Under the pieces are notes generated by a model. It ran no database searches. It saw only the letters and a list, made by a program, of their open reading frames with translations, and was not told where the DNA came from. From positions 7,362-71,361 of IMG/VR virus record IMGVR_UViG_3300020183_005994: a stretch of 64,000 nt of DNA; one strand, 5' to 3'. Source of the DNA: a virus. Below, in pieces: positions 41,482 to 50,181 of this stretch (the first letter of the stretch is position 1; each line of letters begins with the position of its first letter). The position numbers were made by a program, and so were the translations under genes.

Positions 41482-42288
41482 ATGAGCGATTATAAACAAA
41501 CAGATAAAACAAAAAAAATACCACTTTCTCCTTGTACTATTGAAACAATTGATACTGCATTTTATGATTATGTTGAAAAATTAAACATTTTTTGTAATAC
41601 TAGTTCTGGAAGAAAAAAAATACCTACAATTTGGTCATCTGCTGAAAGATCTTTTCAAATAAAAGATAATAATGATTTAAGAGACAAAAATGGCTCTTTG
41701 ATACCGCCTATTATTTCTATAGAAAGAACAAATATAACAAAAGATCCTAATAAAAAAGGTAGCTTTCAAGCCAATTTATCACCAAAAGACGATAGATATG
41801 TCATAACAAGAGTATTAAACCAGAAAAAGACCTCTGAGTTTTCTAATGCGGATTCTTTAAAAAATAAAGGTACTATTAACTTTGTTACTTCTAAAAAAAA
41901 TAATAAAAAAGTCTATCAAAGCTTGATAGTACCAATCCCTATCTATATTACGGTTGAATATAAAATAAATATATTAACAAATTATCAAGCACAAATGAAT
42001 GATGCTATGCAGCCATTTATGGCTAGAACAGCACAAAACTATTTTATTATTACAAAAGATGATTATAGATTTGAATGTTTTATGGATCCCTCTTTTAATC
42101 AAGATAGCATCTTATCTTTAGCAGAAGAGGAAAGAAAATATAAATCTGTGGTTTCTGTAAAAGTTCTTGGCTATTTAATAGGAGAGGGAGAAAATCAAGA
42201 AAAGCCACAAATACAAATTAAAGAAAATACTGTTGAAATAAAGGTTCCTAGAGAAACAATAATAACTAATATAGATAAAGAAAAATAA
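41482..42288 (+). CDS. Tail completion / sheath terminator (T4 gp15-like)
   Basis: IPTIW...ER, PIISIERT, PIYITVEYKINI..NYQAQMN. Confidence 0.6.
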   Translation: MSDYKQTDKTKKIPLSPCTIETIDTAFYDYVEKLNIFCNTSSGRKKIPTIWSSAERSFQIKDNNDLRDKNGSLIPPIISIERTNITKDPNKKGSFQANLSPKDDRYVITRVLNQKKTSEFSNADSLKNKGTINFVTSKKNNKKVYQSLIVPIPIYITVEYKINILTNYQAQMNDAMQPFMARTAQNYFIITKDDYRFECFMDPSFNQDSILSLAEEERKYKSVVSVKVLGYLIGEGENQEKPQIQIKENTVEIKVPRETIITNIDKEK

Positions 42289-42314
42289 TTTAATAATTAT
42301 TGTTGGAGAAACTT

Positions 42315-42626
42315 ATGGCACCAAAAAAAATAATTTTACTTAGTCCTAGCAAGGAAAGGCAAAAAAAAATAAGACGCATAATTCCTGCTGGACCGGAGAC
42401 TACTATGGCTTTAAAAAAGACATTTTTAATTGGTAATGGTGCTGATGATAACTACACGGTTTCTCATAATCTTAATACAAGAGATATTGTTGTACAAGTA
42501 AGAGAAAATTTTGGTGATTATTCACAAATACAAGTTGGAATTACATATGACTCTACTAATGTAATATCAATAGATATGGGTGATATTATTACAACAGACA
42601 GTTATTTAGTTATTGTAGTAGGATAA
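42315..42626 (+). CDS. Small fibre-associated protein (HNLNT-type beta domain)
   Basis: IGNG...YTVSHNLNTRDIVVQV; ATG at 42315 with GGAG at 42305. Confidence 0.6.
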   Translation: MAPKKIILLSPSKERQKKIRRIIPAGPETTMALKKTFLIGNGADDNYTVSHNLNTRDIVVQVRENFGDYSQIQVGITYDSTNVISIDMGDIITTDSYLVIVVG

Positions 42627-42651
42627 AAAAGTATTTTTTTATTTTACCATA

Positions 42652-42659
42652 CTAATTAT
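42652..42659 (+). promoter_or_regulatory. Putative late promoter motif CTAATTAT inside the palindrome TACTAAT-T-ATTAGTA
   Basis: Intergenic, upstream of 42711; perfect 7-bp inverted repeat at 42650-42664. Confidence 0.55.
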
Positions 42660-42710
42660 TAGTAATTTAAGAAGTATTTATGATGCCCACAGGGCAAGGA
42701 AAAAAATAAA

Positions 42711-43853
42711 ATGGCAAATCCATTGAAGGTTTTGACAGCACTATCCGCTTCGTATGGTGCTGCCGTATCAGGTAGTTCAGGTTTAAAAATAGAACAAGGT
42801 GGTGTTACAGTTGAATCTGGCGGTGCAACAGTTAGTGCTGGTGGATTAACAGTTAGCGCCGGTACAACCGCTGTTCAAGCATTGACTGCTACAACAATTA
42901 GTGGCTCATCTACCTTAGAAGTTGGCGGTGCGGCAACGTTTGGAGGTGCCGTTACTGTTAATGGCAATTTAACTGTTGCTGGTACAACCACCACTGTTAA
43001 TTCAACTAATTTATTAATTACTGATAAAAAAGTTGTCTTTGCTTCTGGTTCTTCTAATGCATCCGAAGCAAATACAGCAGGTATTTATTTAGGCAATGAG
43101 GCTTCTGCTGTTGCGAGCTTGCAATATGTATCTAGTGCTCTTGGCGCTACTGGTCACGCTTGGACCTCTAGCGAAAACATGAATCTTGCTGCTTCTAAAA
43201 CATATAAATTAGACGGTATTGATGTATTATCAAGAACAGCGGGCACAAATATCTTTAGTAACTCAACTACTGGTCAAATACAATTATCAGTTGGTGGTAC
43301 AACATCTGTTTCTGGTTCTGTTCTTACTCGTTTACAAGGTCCACTTGTACAACTTTCTGGTGTGCTTGGTACACAAGTTTCTAATGATTTTTCTGTTTTA
43401 GGTCAAACTACTTTAGTTGGTGCTAGCGCAACATTTCTTACAGCTAGTTCTGGTGTAAGCGCAAGTGTATTCGTACTTGCCGATGGTACACAATTAACTT
43501 CTTCTACCCAATTAGGCGGCGCTGCTGGCGATGCAACTAAAGCAGGCGTAGAAAGCGCTTATAACGCAGTTAGATTTGTAACTTCTTCTGTACTCGATGG
43601 CAATGGTTTTGTAGAAGTAGATTTAACTACTGCCGGTGACGCAACAAAGTTTGCAACTGCTAACTTAAATAAAATCTCTGTAGATGTTTTGACTAGACCT
43701 TCTGGTGATTCTAATTATTGGAATAACGATCTTGTTTCAGTAAAATTAGAAAATTCTGCAAGCTCTCTATGGGTAAAGATAGATGCACCGGCTTCTCCCG
43801 GCGCATCTTATCGTTTAGTAGCAATTAACGAAAGCGATTTTGACGTTGTATAA
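42711..43853 (+). CDS. Fibre-like virion protein
   Basis: VTVNGNLTVAGTTTTVNSTNLLITDK fibre motif; Gly/Ser/Ala-rich; AAGGA RBS. Confidence 0.7.
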   Translation: MANPLKVLTALSASYGAAVSGSSGLKIEQGGVTVESGGATVSAGGLTVSAGTTAVQALTATTISGSSTLEVGGAATFGGAVTVNGNLTVAGTTTTVNSTNLLITDKKVVFASGSSNASEANTAGIYLGNEASAVASLQYVSSALGATGHAWTSSENMNLAASKTYKLDGIDVLSRTAGTNIFSNSTTGQIQLSVGGTTSVSGSVLTRLQGPLVQLSGVLGTQVSNDFSVLGQTTLVGASATFLTASSGVSASVFVLADGTQLTSSTQLGGAAGDATKAGVESAYNAVRFVTSSVLDGNGFVEVDLTTAGDATKFATANLNKISVDVLTRPSGDSNYWNNDLVSVKLENSASSLWVKIDAPASPGASYRLVAINESDFDVV

Positions 43854-43876
43854 TAAATATTAACAGCGTTTTTCAG

Positions 43877-43907
43877 AAGGGAGGCTTGCGCCTCCCTTTT
43901 GTTTTTT
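43877..43907 (+). terminator. Rho-independent terminator
   Basis: AAGGGAGGC-TTGC-GCCTCCCTT followed by TTGTTTTTT. Confidence 0.9.
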
Positions 43908-43912
43908 GTTTG

Positions 43913-43920
43913 CTATTTAT
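43913..43920 (+). promoter_or_regulatory. Putative late promoter motif CTATTTAT
   Basis: Directly after the terminator and about 15 nt before ATG 43936. Confidence 0.6.
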
Positions 43921-43935
43921 CTAAAGTGAGAAAAA

Positions 43936-44148
43936 ATGAAAAAAAAAGTTACTTATCTTTTAAAAGATTTTGATGCAATGATGAAAGAAATTTTATCACA
44001 TACAAAAGATATAAAAAGTCAAGCAGAGTTATTAAAAGACAAAGATATAATCTTAAAAGAAGTAGATAAAATGTCAAAAAAATATGATAAAATTATAAAA
44101 GATATTTCTGAAAGGGATGAAGAATCCGAAAATGAAATACAAATTTAA
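43936..44148 (+). CDS. Small charged coiled-coil protein (possible fibre chaperone)
   Basis: 70 aa, K/E/D-rich, lies between fibre genes. Confidence 0.55.
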   Translation: MKKKVTYLLKDFDAMMKEILSHTKDIKSQAELLKDKDIILKEVDKMSKKYDKIIKDISERDEESENEIQI

Positions 44149-44386
44149 TTTTATACAAATTGCTAATTGGCTATATGTCTGTAGACAGAATTTATTTGAT
44201 GTTAGAAAACAAGTAATTCAAGAAAAATTAAGTAAAAATGAAGCAATAGAAAAATTACAAGCACAAAAGCGTCATTTATTACTAATTAAAGATATAATAA
44301 ATAGAAAAACATTTCTTCATGGAATACAACCACAATTTTTAAAAAACTTTAAACAAATAAAAGAAATGTATGATGTAAAAGATTAA
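44117..44386 (+). CDS. Small hypothetical protein
   Basis: 89 aa, overlaps the upstream ORF by 32 nt. Confidence 0.55.
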   Translation: MKNPKMKYKFNFIQIANWLYVCRQNLFDVRKQVIQEKLSKNEAIEKLQAQKRHLLLIKDIINRKTFLHGIQPQFLKNFKQIKEMYDVKD

Positions 44387-44399
44387 CTGAGAAATATAT

Positions 44400-47273
44400 A
44401 TGGCGCGTAAACCAGTTAAAATAGCTACAGATCTACAAGTTAAAAAACGCATAAAAAAAGTAGATAGCAGCGACAATGTAGTATTCGATGTTTCAGGATC
44501 TGTACCTAATGGTCACGTTAGTTCTTCGTTGCCATTAACTGCTTCTAGCATATATACTCCGGGTAATTTAACAGTTGGCGGCACCTTAACTGCTAAAAGA
44601 ATGGCAATAACAGAAGTAACTACTTCTGTTGTATATGAAGATGCGCTATCAGCCTCTATTAATGCTTTATACGATGTTTCTGCGTCTAATGCAACAGCTG
44701 GTCAGGTATTGCAATGGGATGGTAGTAACTGGATAGCTGCAACAGTTTCTGGTGGCGGTAGTGAAGGCGATATTACAGCTGTAATTGCTGGTACTAATTT
44801 AACTGGTGGTGGTACCAGCGGTTCTGTTACGCTAAATGTTGCTAATAGTATTAATGTTACTGCTGTTACGGCGTCATATTTTAGTGGTACATTTATTGGC
44901 AATGGCGCACAATTAAATAATTTACCTTTATCTAATTATGCAACACTTGCAGGCGTTTCAGCTAGTTTTACAACTCCAGCACAGATTACCTCATCATTAA
45001 ATAATTACGCAACCAATAGCGGTGTTACTGGTGCCTTAACAAGTTACGCCACTTTATCTGGTGTATCGGGAACGTTTGTAACACCAACACAAGTTACTGG
45101 TGCGTTAAGTGGCTATTTAACAATTTCCAGTGCCTCTTCGTCTTTTGCAGAATTAACAGATTTAACAGCTTCAAATATAATTAATTTTACTAGTGATGTT
45201 AGAAATCAATTTACAGCCGGTACAGATATTGATATTAGCTCTGGAGTTATTTCTTATACTGGAACCGGTGGTGGCTTAACTAGTGTTCAAACAAGCGGTA
45301 GTGTTACTGGCAGTGGCATAATATCAAATCCAATAACTTTAAAAGATCCTTTAATCATTGGAACAGTTACTGCTTCTTTAGGATTTAGTGGCAATTTATA
45401 TGGTAGCGCTTCTTATGCGTCTAATTCAGCTACGGCAAGTTATATAGAAAATGCACAAAGCGCTTCGTATGTATTGAATGCTGTCAGTTCAAGCTTTTCT
45501 ACTAATAGCTTAACTGCTTCCACCTCTTTAATCGGTGCAGCAGAAGATGGCGATTATACAGATGGTTTATTTACTGATATAACTACTACAACACCTGTAG
45601 GTACTATTGTGGACAGATTTAATGAGATATTAAAAGCTCTTTCTCCATCGCCAGCACCAAGTTTATCTAATTTAGAAAAAACTTCAGGTGCCACTGGTAC
45701 TGATATGCGTTTAGGATTTGGTACAGGTGGAAATGAAATTTCTGGCTATACAGCCGTTACTGCTTCATTAACTGGATTACCAAATATAGCATTTGCTAAC
45801 TCTTTTACTTCTAGCAATGGTGCGGGCGGAAGTCCAATAAGAATGGGCGTCTACGCTTCTCCTGTGACATTAACAATGTCACTAAACAACTCCACTACAG
45901 CAAACGCCGGTACATATACTAACTATCCCGCAAAAGCATTTAATGTGTCTACAGACGGTGTAGGAACATATAAATTGGAAATAAACGGTACAGAGGTATC
46001 TCCTAGTGGTTCTACAAGCACCACCGGCTCTGTAACAACACAAACATTTGTTTTGGCAACAGCAAACACTGCTTCCTTTACAACTTCTGGTCAGGGTTTA
46101 GATATATTTAGACATCGTACTGGTACAGTAGGCGTACCAACAAGCTTATGGAGAAATGGTCATAACTACGCTAAAGTAACTCATGTTTCTTCTTTGGGTA
46201 CTCATGTAACGAACTTTGTTGATTGGGTATACGATCCAACTGGTTCTTCTGGAGTTGAGGCTTATACATTCTCTACTCCCACCTCTTCATCTTTCAGCGC
46301 TACTGGAACTAAATATCTTTCTGGTGTTAAATATTATACCAGCATTAGTTATAATTTCTCAAGCAGTGTTGATAATTTTTATAAAAACACTTATCCAACT
46401 GCTGGTGGTTTAACATTTGGAAGTTTAACAACTGGTTTATCTTCAACAGCTATAACTGTTGCAACTCCATCATTAAATACTGATTCAATCCAAGTAAATT
46501 CTGCACATACATTTACTGGTGCTTATAGATTACTTAATGCAAGTTTAGCTTCTACCTTAACAGCAGCTAATGGTTTAGGAAAAACTGGTAGTACTACACT
46601 AACAACTAATACTATACTATATGATAATGTTAATACTACTAATACTACTTTAATAGAATATTTTGGCTTAGAAACTTATCGTGCTTCATCTGGCAGTTAC
46701 GATACACAGACCAGTGCTTCTAATGCAATAGGAGCTTTTGCAAGCGGGTCTTCTTTATCAACTGGTGAATTAGCAGTATATAACGGTGCAGTAAGATATC
46801 CAACCCAAATTTTAAACAGTGGCGACGTTGAAGGATCAAGTGTTGTTCACAAGATATCTTCACAACCAAATTATTCTAGTACTACAGGGAATTGTGGTTA
46901 TTTCCGCGTATTCCAGAACGGCGCTAGCGCTATTGCTTCATTTACCATAGCAATAACTGGATCAAGCGGAATTAGCGTTATTCCTTACAATAGCGCTTTA
47001 GGTGCCAACTCTGTTAGAATTTGGATTAAAGTTCCCGGTAAAACTGGTTGGAGAGATATTAGCACAAGCGCCCCCGGTTCTACTTCTGGAATAGCTTTAA
47101 ATGATAACGTTGGCTGTTTACAAGGCAGCATTACATCTACTAGCACTACTTCTGAACATACGGTCAACTTATTGACAGAAGCTATGGCACCAAGTGAATA
47201 TTTCTTGATGAAAATTGAAGCTTCAAGTGCATTTACAAATAGTATTAGCAGAATTACTATTACAGGTTTATAG
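44400..47273 (+). CDS. Tail fibre-like protein (957 aa)
   Basis: GQVLQWDGSNW, GDITAVIAGTNLTGGGTSGSVTLNV, YATxxxV coiled repeats, SASYA repeats, IGAAEDGDYTDGLFTD. Confidence 0.75.
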   Translation: MARKPVKIATDLQVKKRIKKVDSSDNVVFDVSGSVPNGHVSSSLPLTASSIYTPGNLTVGGTLTAKRMAITEVTTSVVYEDALSASINALYDVSASNATAGQVLQWDGSNWIAATVSGGGSEGDITAVIAGTNLTGGGTSGSVTLNVANSINVTAVTASYFSGTFIGNGAQLNNLPLSNYATLAGVSASFTTPAQITSSLNNYATNSGVTGALTSYATLSGVSGTFVTPTQVTGALSGYLTISSASSSFAELTDLTASNIINFTSDVRNQFTAGTDIDISSGVISYTGTGGGLTSVQTSGSVTGSGIISNPITLKDPLIIGTVTASLGFSGNLYGSASYASNSATASYIENAQSASYVLNAVSSSFSTNSLTASTSLIGAAEDGDYTDGLFTDITTTTPVGTIVDRFNEILKALSPSPAPSLSNLEKTSGATGTDMRLGFGTGGNEISGYTAVTASLTGLPNIAFANSFTSSNGAGGSPIRMGVYASPVTLTMSLNNSTTANAGTYTNYPAKAFNVSTDGVGTYKLEINGTEVSPSGSTSTTGSVTTQTFVLATANTASFTTSGQGLDIFRHRTGTVGVPTSLWRNGHNYAKVTHVSSLGTHVTNFVDWVYDPTGSSGVEAYTFSTPTSSSFSATGTKYLSGVKYYTSISYNFSSSVDNFYKNTYPTAGGLTFGSLTTGLSSTAITVATPSLNTDSIQVNSAHTFTGAYRLLNASLASTLTAANGLGKTGSTTLTTNTILYDNVNTTNTTLIEYFGLETYRASSGSYDTQTSASNAIGAFASGSSLSTGELAVYNGAVRYPTQILNSGDVEGSSVVHKISSQPNYSSTTGNCGYFRVFQNGASAIASFTIAITGSSGISVIPYNSALGANSVRIWIKVPGKTGWRDISTSAPGSTSGIALNDNVGCLQGSITSTSTTSEHTVNLLTEAMAPSEYFLMKIEASSAFTNSISRITITGL

Positions 47274-47282
47274 GCAAATAAT

Positions 47283-48242
47283 ATGGCTTTAACAGAAAAA
47301 AACCAGTTACTTATAGCATTTAAGAAATTATATGGTAAAAGCCATACAAATGCTAAGTTTGGTATTTTTAACGAAAGTATTGCTTCATCTGTACAATTAG
47401 GTATAGACAAAGTATTTGGTAAAAGCATACCAGCTTCACCAAGTAGTTCATTATACAGCATAACAAATGGTGCAGTAGAAAAAATTAAATTTAATCTTGT
47501 TAGTATTTCATTATCAACTTATGCTAGCACTCTTGGTTCTTTAGCTGGTACGACTATAGATGATGAAGGTGATACAAATACTAACGGTATACACGCATAT
47601 AAATTAGTATTACCAAGCAATTATGAAAGTAATAGCTTTAATCCTAAAATTGGCGTAGCGCCATTTATTAATTCAACTACAGCATCTGATACAAATGGTA
47701 CTTTGCAACTTATACCACCATCTTTTGGTGATTCATATAGCGCAGAAGTAAGCAGCTCAACCGGTATTATTGGCGGTTTAGACGCAGAAGATTATTATAT
47801 TGATTATTATTCTGGTATTTTATTTGTACAAGATATTAATAGAACACCAACAGCCGTTACAGCATATGCTTATATCGGTGATTATGGAGCCGTCAGCGCA
47901 AGTTTTGCCACTAGTGCTTCATTTGCTACAACTGCTAGCTATGCAGCAAATGCTGTTGGTATAACTAATACCGTTTATAATGGTTTAAGAGAAATAGCAA
48001 CTGGTAGTTTTGATGTAGATGGTACAAAAACAATAGAATTCCAAAAATTTGCTGATACAGATTTAGAAACTGTATCTTTAAATGTTTTAACTAAACCAAA
48101 TGGCGCTACATATTATACAAATGATTTAATTTCTGTACAAATATCTGGTAATCTTAGCAATAAATTAAGTGTTTATTTAAGTTCGCCAGCTTATTCATCA
48201 TCTGATAGATACAAAGTAATACTTGTTAAAGAAAGTGTATAA
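47283..48242 (+). CDS. Fibre-associated virion protein
   Basis: DYYSGILF, AYIGDY, ATSASFATTASYA repeat; C-terminal domain shared with 42711. Confidence 0.65.
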   Translation: MALTEKNQLLIAFKKLYGKSHTNAKFGIFNESIASSVQLGIDKVFGKSIPASPSSSLYSITNGAVEKIKFNLVSISLSTYASTLGSLAGTTIDDEGDTNTNGIHAYKLVLPSNYESNSFNPKIGVAPFINSTTASDTNGTLQLIPPSFGDSYSAEVSSSTGIIGGLDAEDYYIDYYSGILFVQDINRTPTAVTAYAYIGDYGAVSASFATSASFATTASYAANAVGITNTVYNGLREIATGSFDVDGTKTIEFQKFADTDLETVSLNVLTKPNGATYYTNDLISVQISGNLSNKLSVYLSSPAYSSSDRYKVILVKESV

Positions 48243-48773
48243 ATGTTTCTTGGTTTAGATATCAGTACATCAATTACAGGTATAACAATACTTGATACAA
48301 GTGGCAATATTGTTATAAACGAAATAGTTGATATGCGTTCAAAGAAATTTAAGACTTTTTTTGATAAAGCAAGAGCTGTACAACGGCGGCTGGCACAAAT
48401 AAAAAACGCATATAATATCCAAAAAATTTATATAGAACAATCTTTACAGGCGTTTAGACCCGGATTAAGCAGCGCTCAAGTAATTTTGACTCTTGGAAAG
48501 TTTAATGGTATTGTTTCTTGGATATGTTATGAAACTTTTGGCTATGAACCAGAGTATATAGGAGCTTCAACAGCTAGAAAAGCTCTTAGTATTAAAGTGG
48601 AACGTGGACAAAACGCAAAAGAAGTTGTTTTAAAACACGTATTAGAGCTTGAAAGTAGCTTCAAGGTAGAATATACTCCTAAAGGTAATCCAATCGCAGG
48701 ATCTTTTGATCGTGCTGATAGTTACGTTATAGCAAAAGCGGGTTATTTATCTTGTCAGACTATAAAAAAGTAA
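48243..48773 (+). CDS. ruvC: RuvC-like Holliday junction resolvase
   Basis: LGLDIS..TG, IYIEQ and DRADSYVIA catalytic acidic residues. Confidence 0.85.
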   Translation: MFLGLDISTSITGITILDTSGNIVINEIVDMRSKKFKTFFDKARAVQRRLAQIKNAYNIQKIYIEQSLQAFRPGLSSAQVILTLGKFNGIVSWICYETFGYEPEYIGASTARKALSIKVERGQNAKEVVLKHVLELESSFKVEYTPKGNPIAGSFDRADSYVIAKAGYLSCQTIKK

Positions 48774-49696
48774 ACATTTTAAAAGATATTCTTGGTGAAT
48801 ATAATAGCGTTGGTAACGAAATGCTATTTTATTGCCCAAAATGCAAGCATCATAAGCGTAAATTAAGCGTTAATATTACCAAAGATGCATTTAAGTGTTG
48901 GATTTGTGATTGGCATGGGAAATCTATTCGTAGAATTATATTGCGCTTTGGTAACTACCAGCAGCAAAAAGCTTGGAATGAGCTTGTTGGTGTTGTTGAA
49001 ATAACAGATTATGAAAAAATATTTGCTTTAAACGATGTAAAAGAAGAAATAGAAGAAATAATTAAACTACCAAGCGAGTTTATTTCTCTTTGTAATAAAG
49101 ATGTATCGTTAAATTCGCTTGAGGCTAGGCGCTATTTAAAAGATCGTGGTGTTACCAAAGCAGATATCTTGCATTGGAAGATTGGATTTGCAGTTTCTGG
49201 TGAATATGAAAACAGAATAATCATACCTTCATTTAATAATCTTGGAAAATTGAATTATTTTATTGCTCGTAGATATGATAATAAAAATTGGATGCGTTAT
49301 AAAAATCCAAAAGTAAATAAAGATATAATTTTTAATGAGTTAGTGATTGATTGGAATGAAGATATTACAATTGTTGAAGGAGTATTTGATGCAATAAAGG
49401 CAAAAAATGCTATTCCGCTACTTGGTTCTACTCTTAGAGAAGATTCTAAGCTGTTTAAGCAATTACTAAAACATGATTCTGCAATCTATATTGCTTTAGA
49501 TCCAGATGCAGAAAAAAAAGCAGAAAGTTTAATTAAATCACTTATGTCATATGATGCAGAAATATATAAAATTGATATTTCTGGTAAAAAAGATGTTGGC
49601 GATATGACGCATGAAGAGTTTTTAGAGCGTAAAAAAGCTTCAACGGCAATAAAAAATACAGATTATTTATTAATCAGAAAGATTATGAGTTTATAA
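48752..49696 (+). CDS. dnaG: DNA primase (zinc finger + TOPRIM)
   Basis: CPKC.H...CWIC, YLKDRG, RIIIP, IVEGVFDA, ALDPDA, KDVGDM; TTG start. Confidence 0.9.
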   Translation: MSDYKKVNILKDILGEYNSVGNEMLFYCPKCKHHKRKLSVNITKDAFKCWICDWHGKSIRRIILRFGNYQQQKAWNELVGVVEITDYEKIFALNDVKEEIEEIIKLPSEFISLCNKDVSLNSLEARRYLKDRGVTKADILHWKIGFAVSGEYENRIIIPSFNNLGKLNYFIARRYDNKNWMRYKNPKVNKDIIFNELVIDWNEDITIVEGVFDAIKAKNAIPLLGSTLREDSKLFKQLLKHDSAIYIALDPDAEKKAESLIKSLMSYDAEIYKIDISGKKDVGDMTHEEFLERKKASTAIKNTDYLLIRKIMSL

Positions 49697-49697
49697 T

Positions 49698-49991
49698 ATG
49701 AAAAAGTTTTTATTTTGTTTAGTAATTTTGTTTTCGTTATGCTCACATGCAATCCCTGAACATTATGATAATGATATAAAACAATTTATCTATAACAATC
49801 TCAAAGATAATAATTATAGACAAGAAATATTAGAAAAAATGCGGGCTTTAGCAGTCTATTTTAGCGAAAAAGGTAATAATTATGCCGCTAACAAGATAAA
49901 TCTAACTATTTATTATATTGAAGTATTTGATATAGAAAATTTACCAGAAGAACAACAAAAAGTAACATTATTTTTTTTAAAAAATGTCTAA
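49698..49991 (+). CDS. Hypothetical protein with a signal-peptide-like N-terminus
   Basis: MKKFLFCLVILFSLCSHA. Confidence 0.55.
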   Translation: MKKFLFCLVILFSLCSHAIPEHYDNDIKQFIYNNLKDNNYRQEILEKMRALAVYFSEKGNNYAANKINLTIYYIEVFDIENLPEEQQKVTLFFLKNV

Positions 49992-50181
49992 TGACAAAAA
50001 ATATAATCCTAAAACAGTAATGGCTTTATTAAAACTATTACTTTCTGTTAGAAATGATTTAAGCAAAGAAGAAAAACAAAGTGTTATTAGATTAGCTGAA
50101 CAAATGATGTTTAAAGATACTAAACAAGACTATGAAGATAAACAAACTTTTCCTATCGAAGATTATAAAAGAAGAAATTAA
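49984..50181 (+). CDS. Small hypothetical protein
   Basis: 65 aa, overlaps both neighbours. Confidence 0.45.
   Translation: MSNDKKYNPKTVMALLKLLLSVRNDLSKEEKQSVIRLAEQMMFKDTKQDYEDKQTFPIEDYKRRN

Noticed and set aside
44100-44148. Programmed -1 frameshift joining 43936 and 44117 (tail-chaperone style) at AAAGGGA
   Set aside because: The heptamer is not in the required codon phase, and the second ORF is in the +1 frame with its own ATG.
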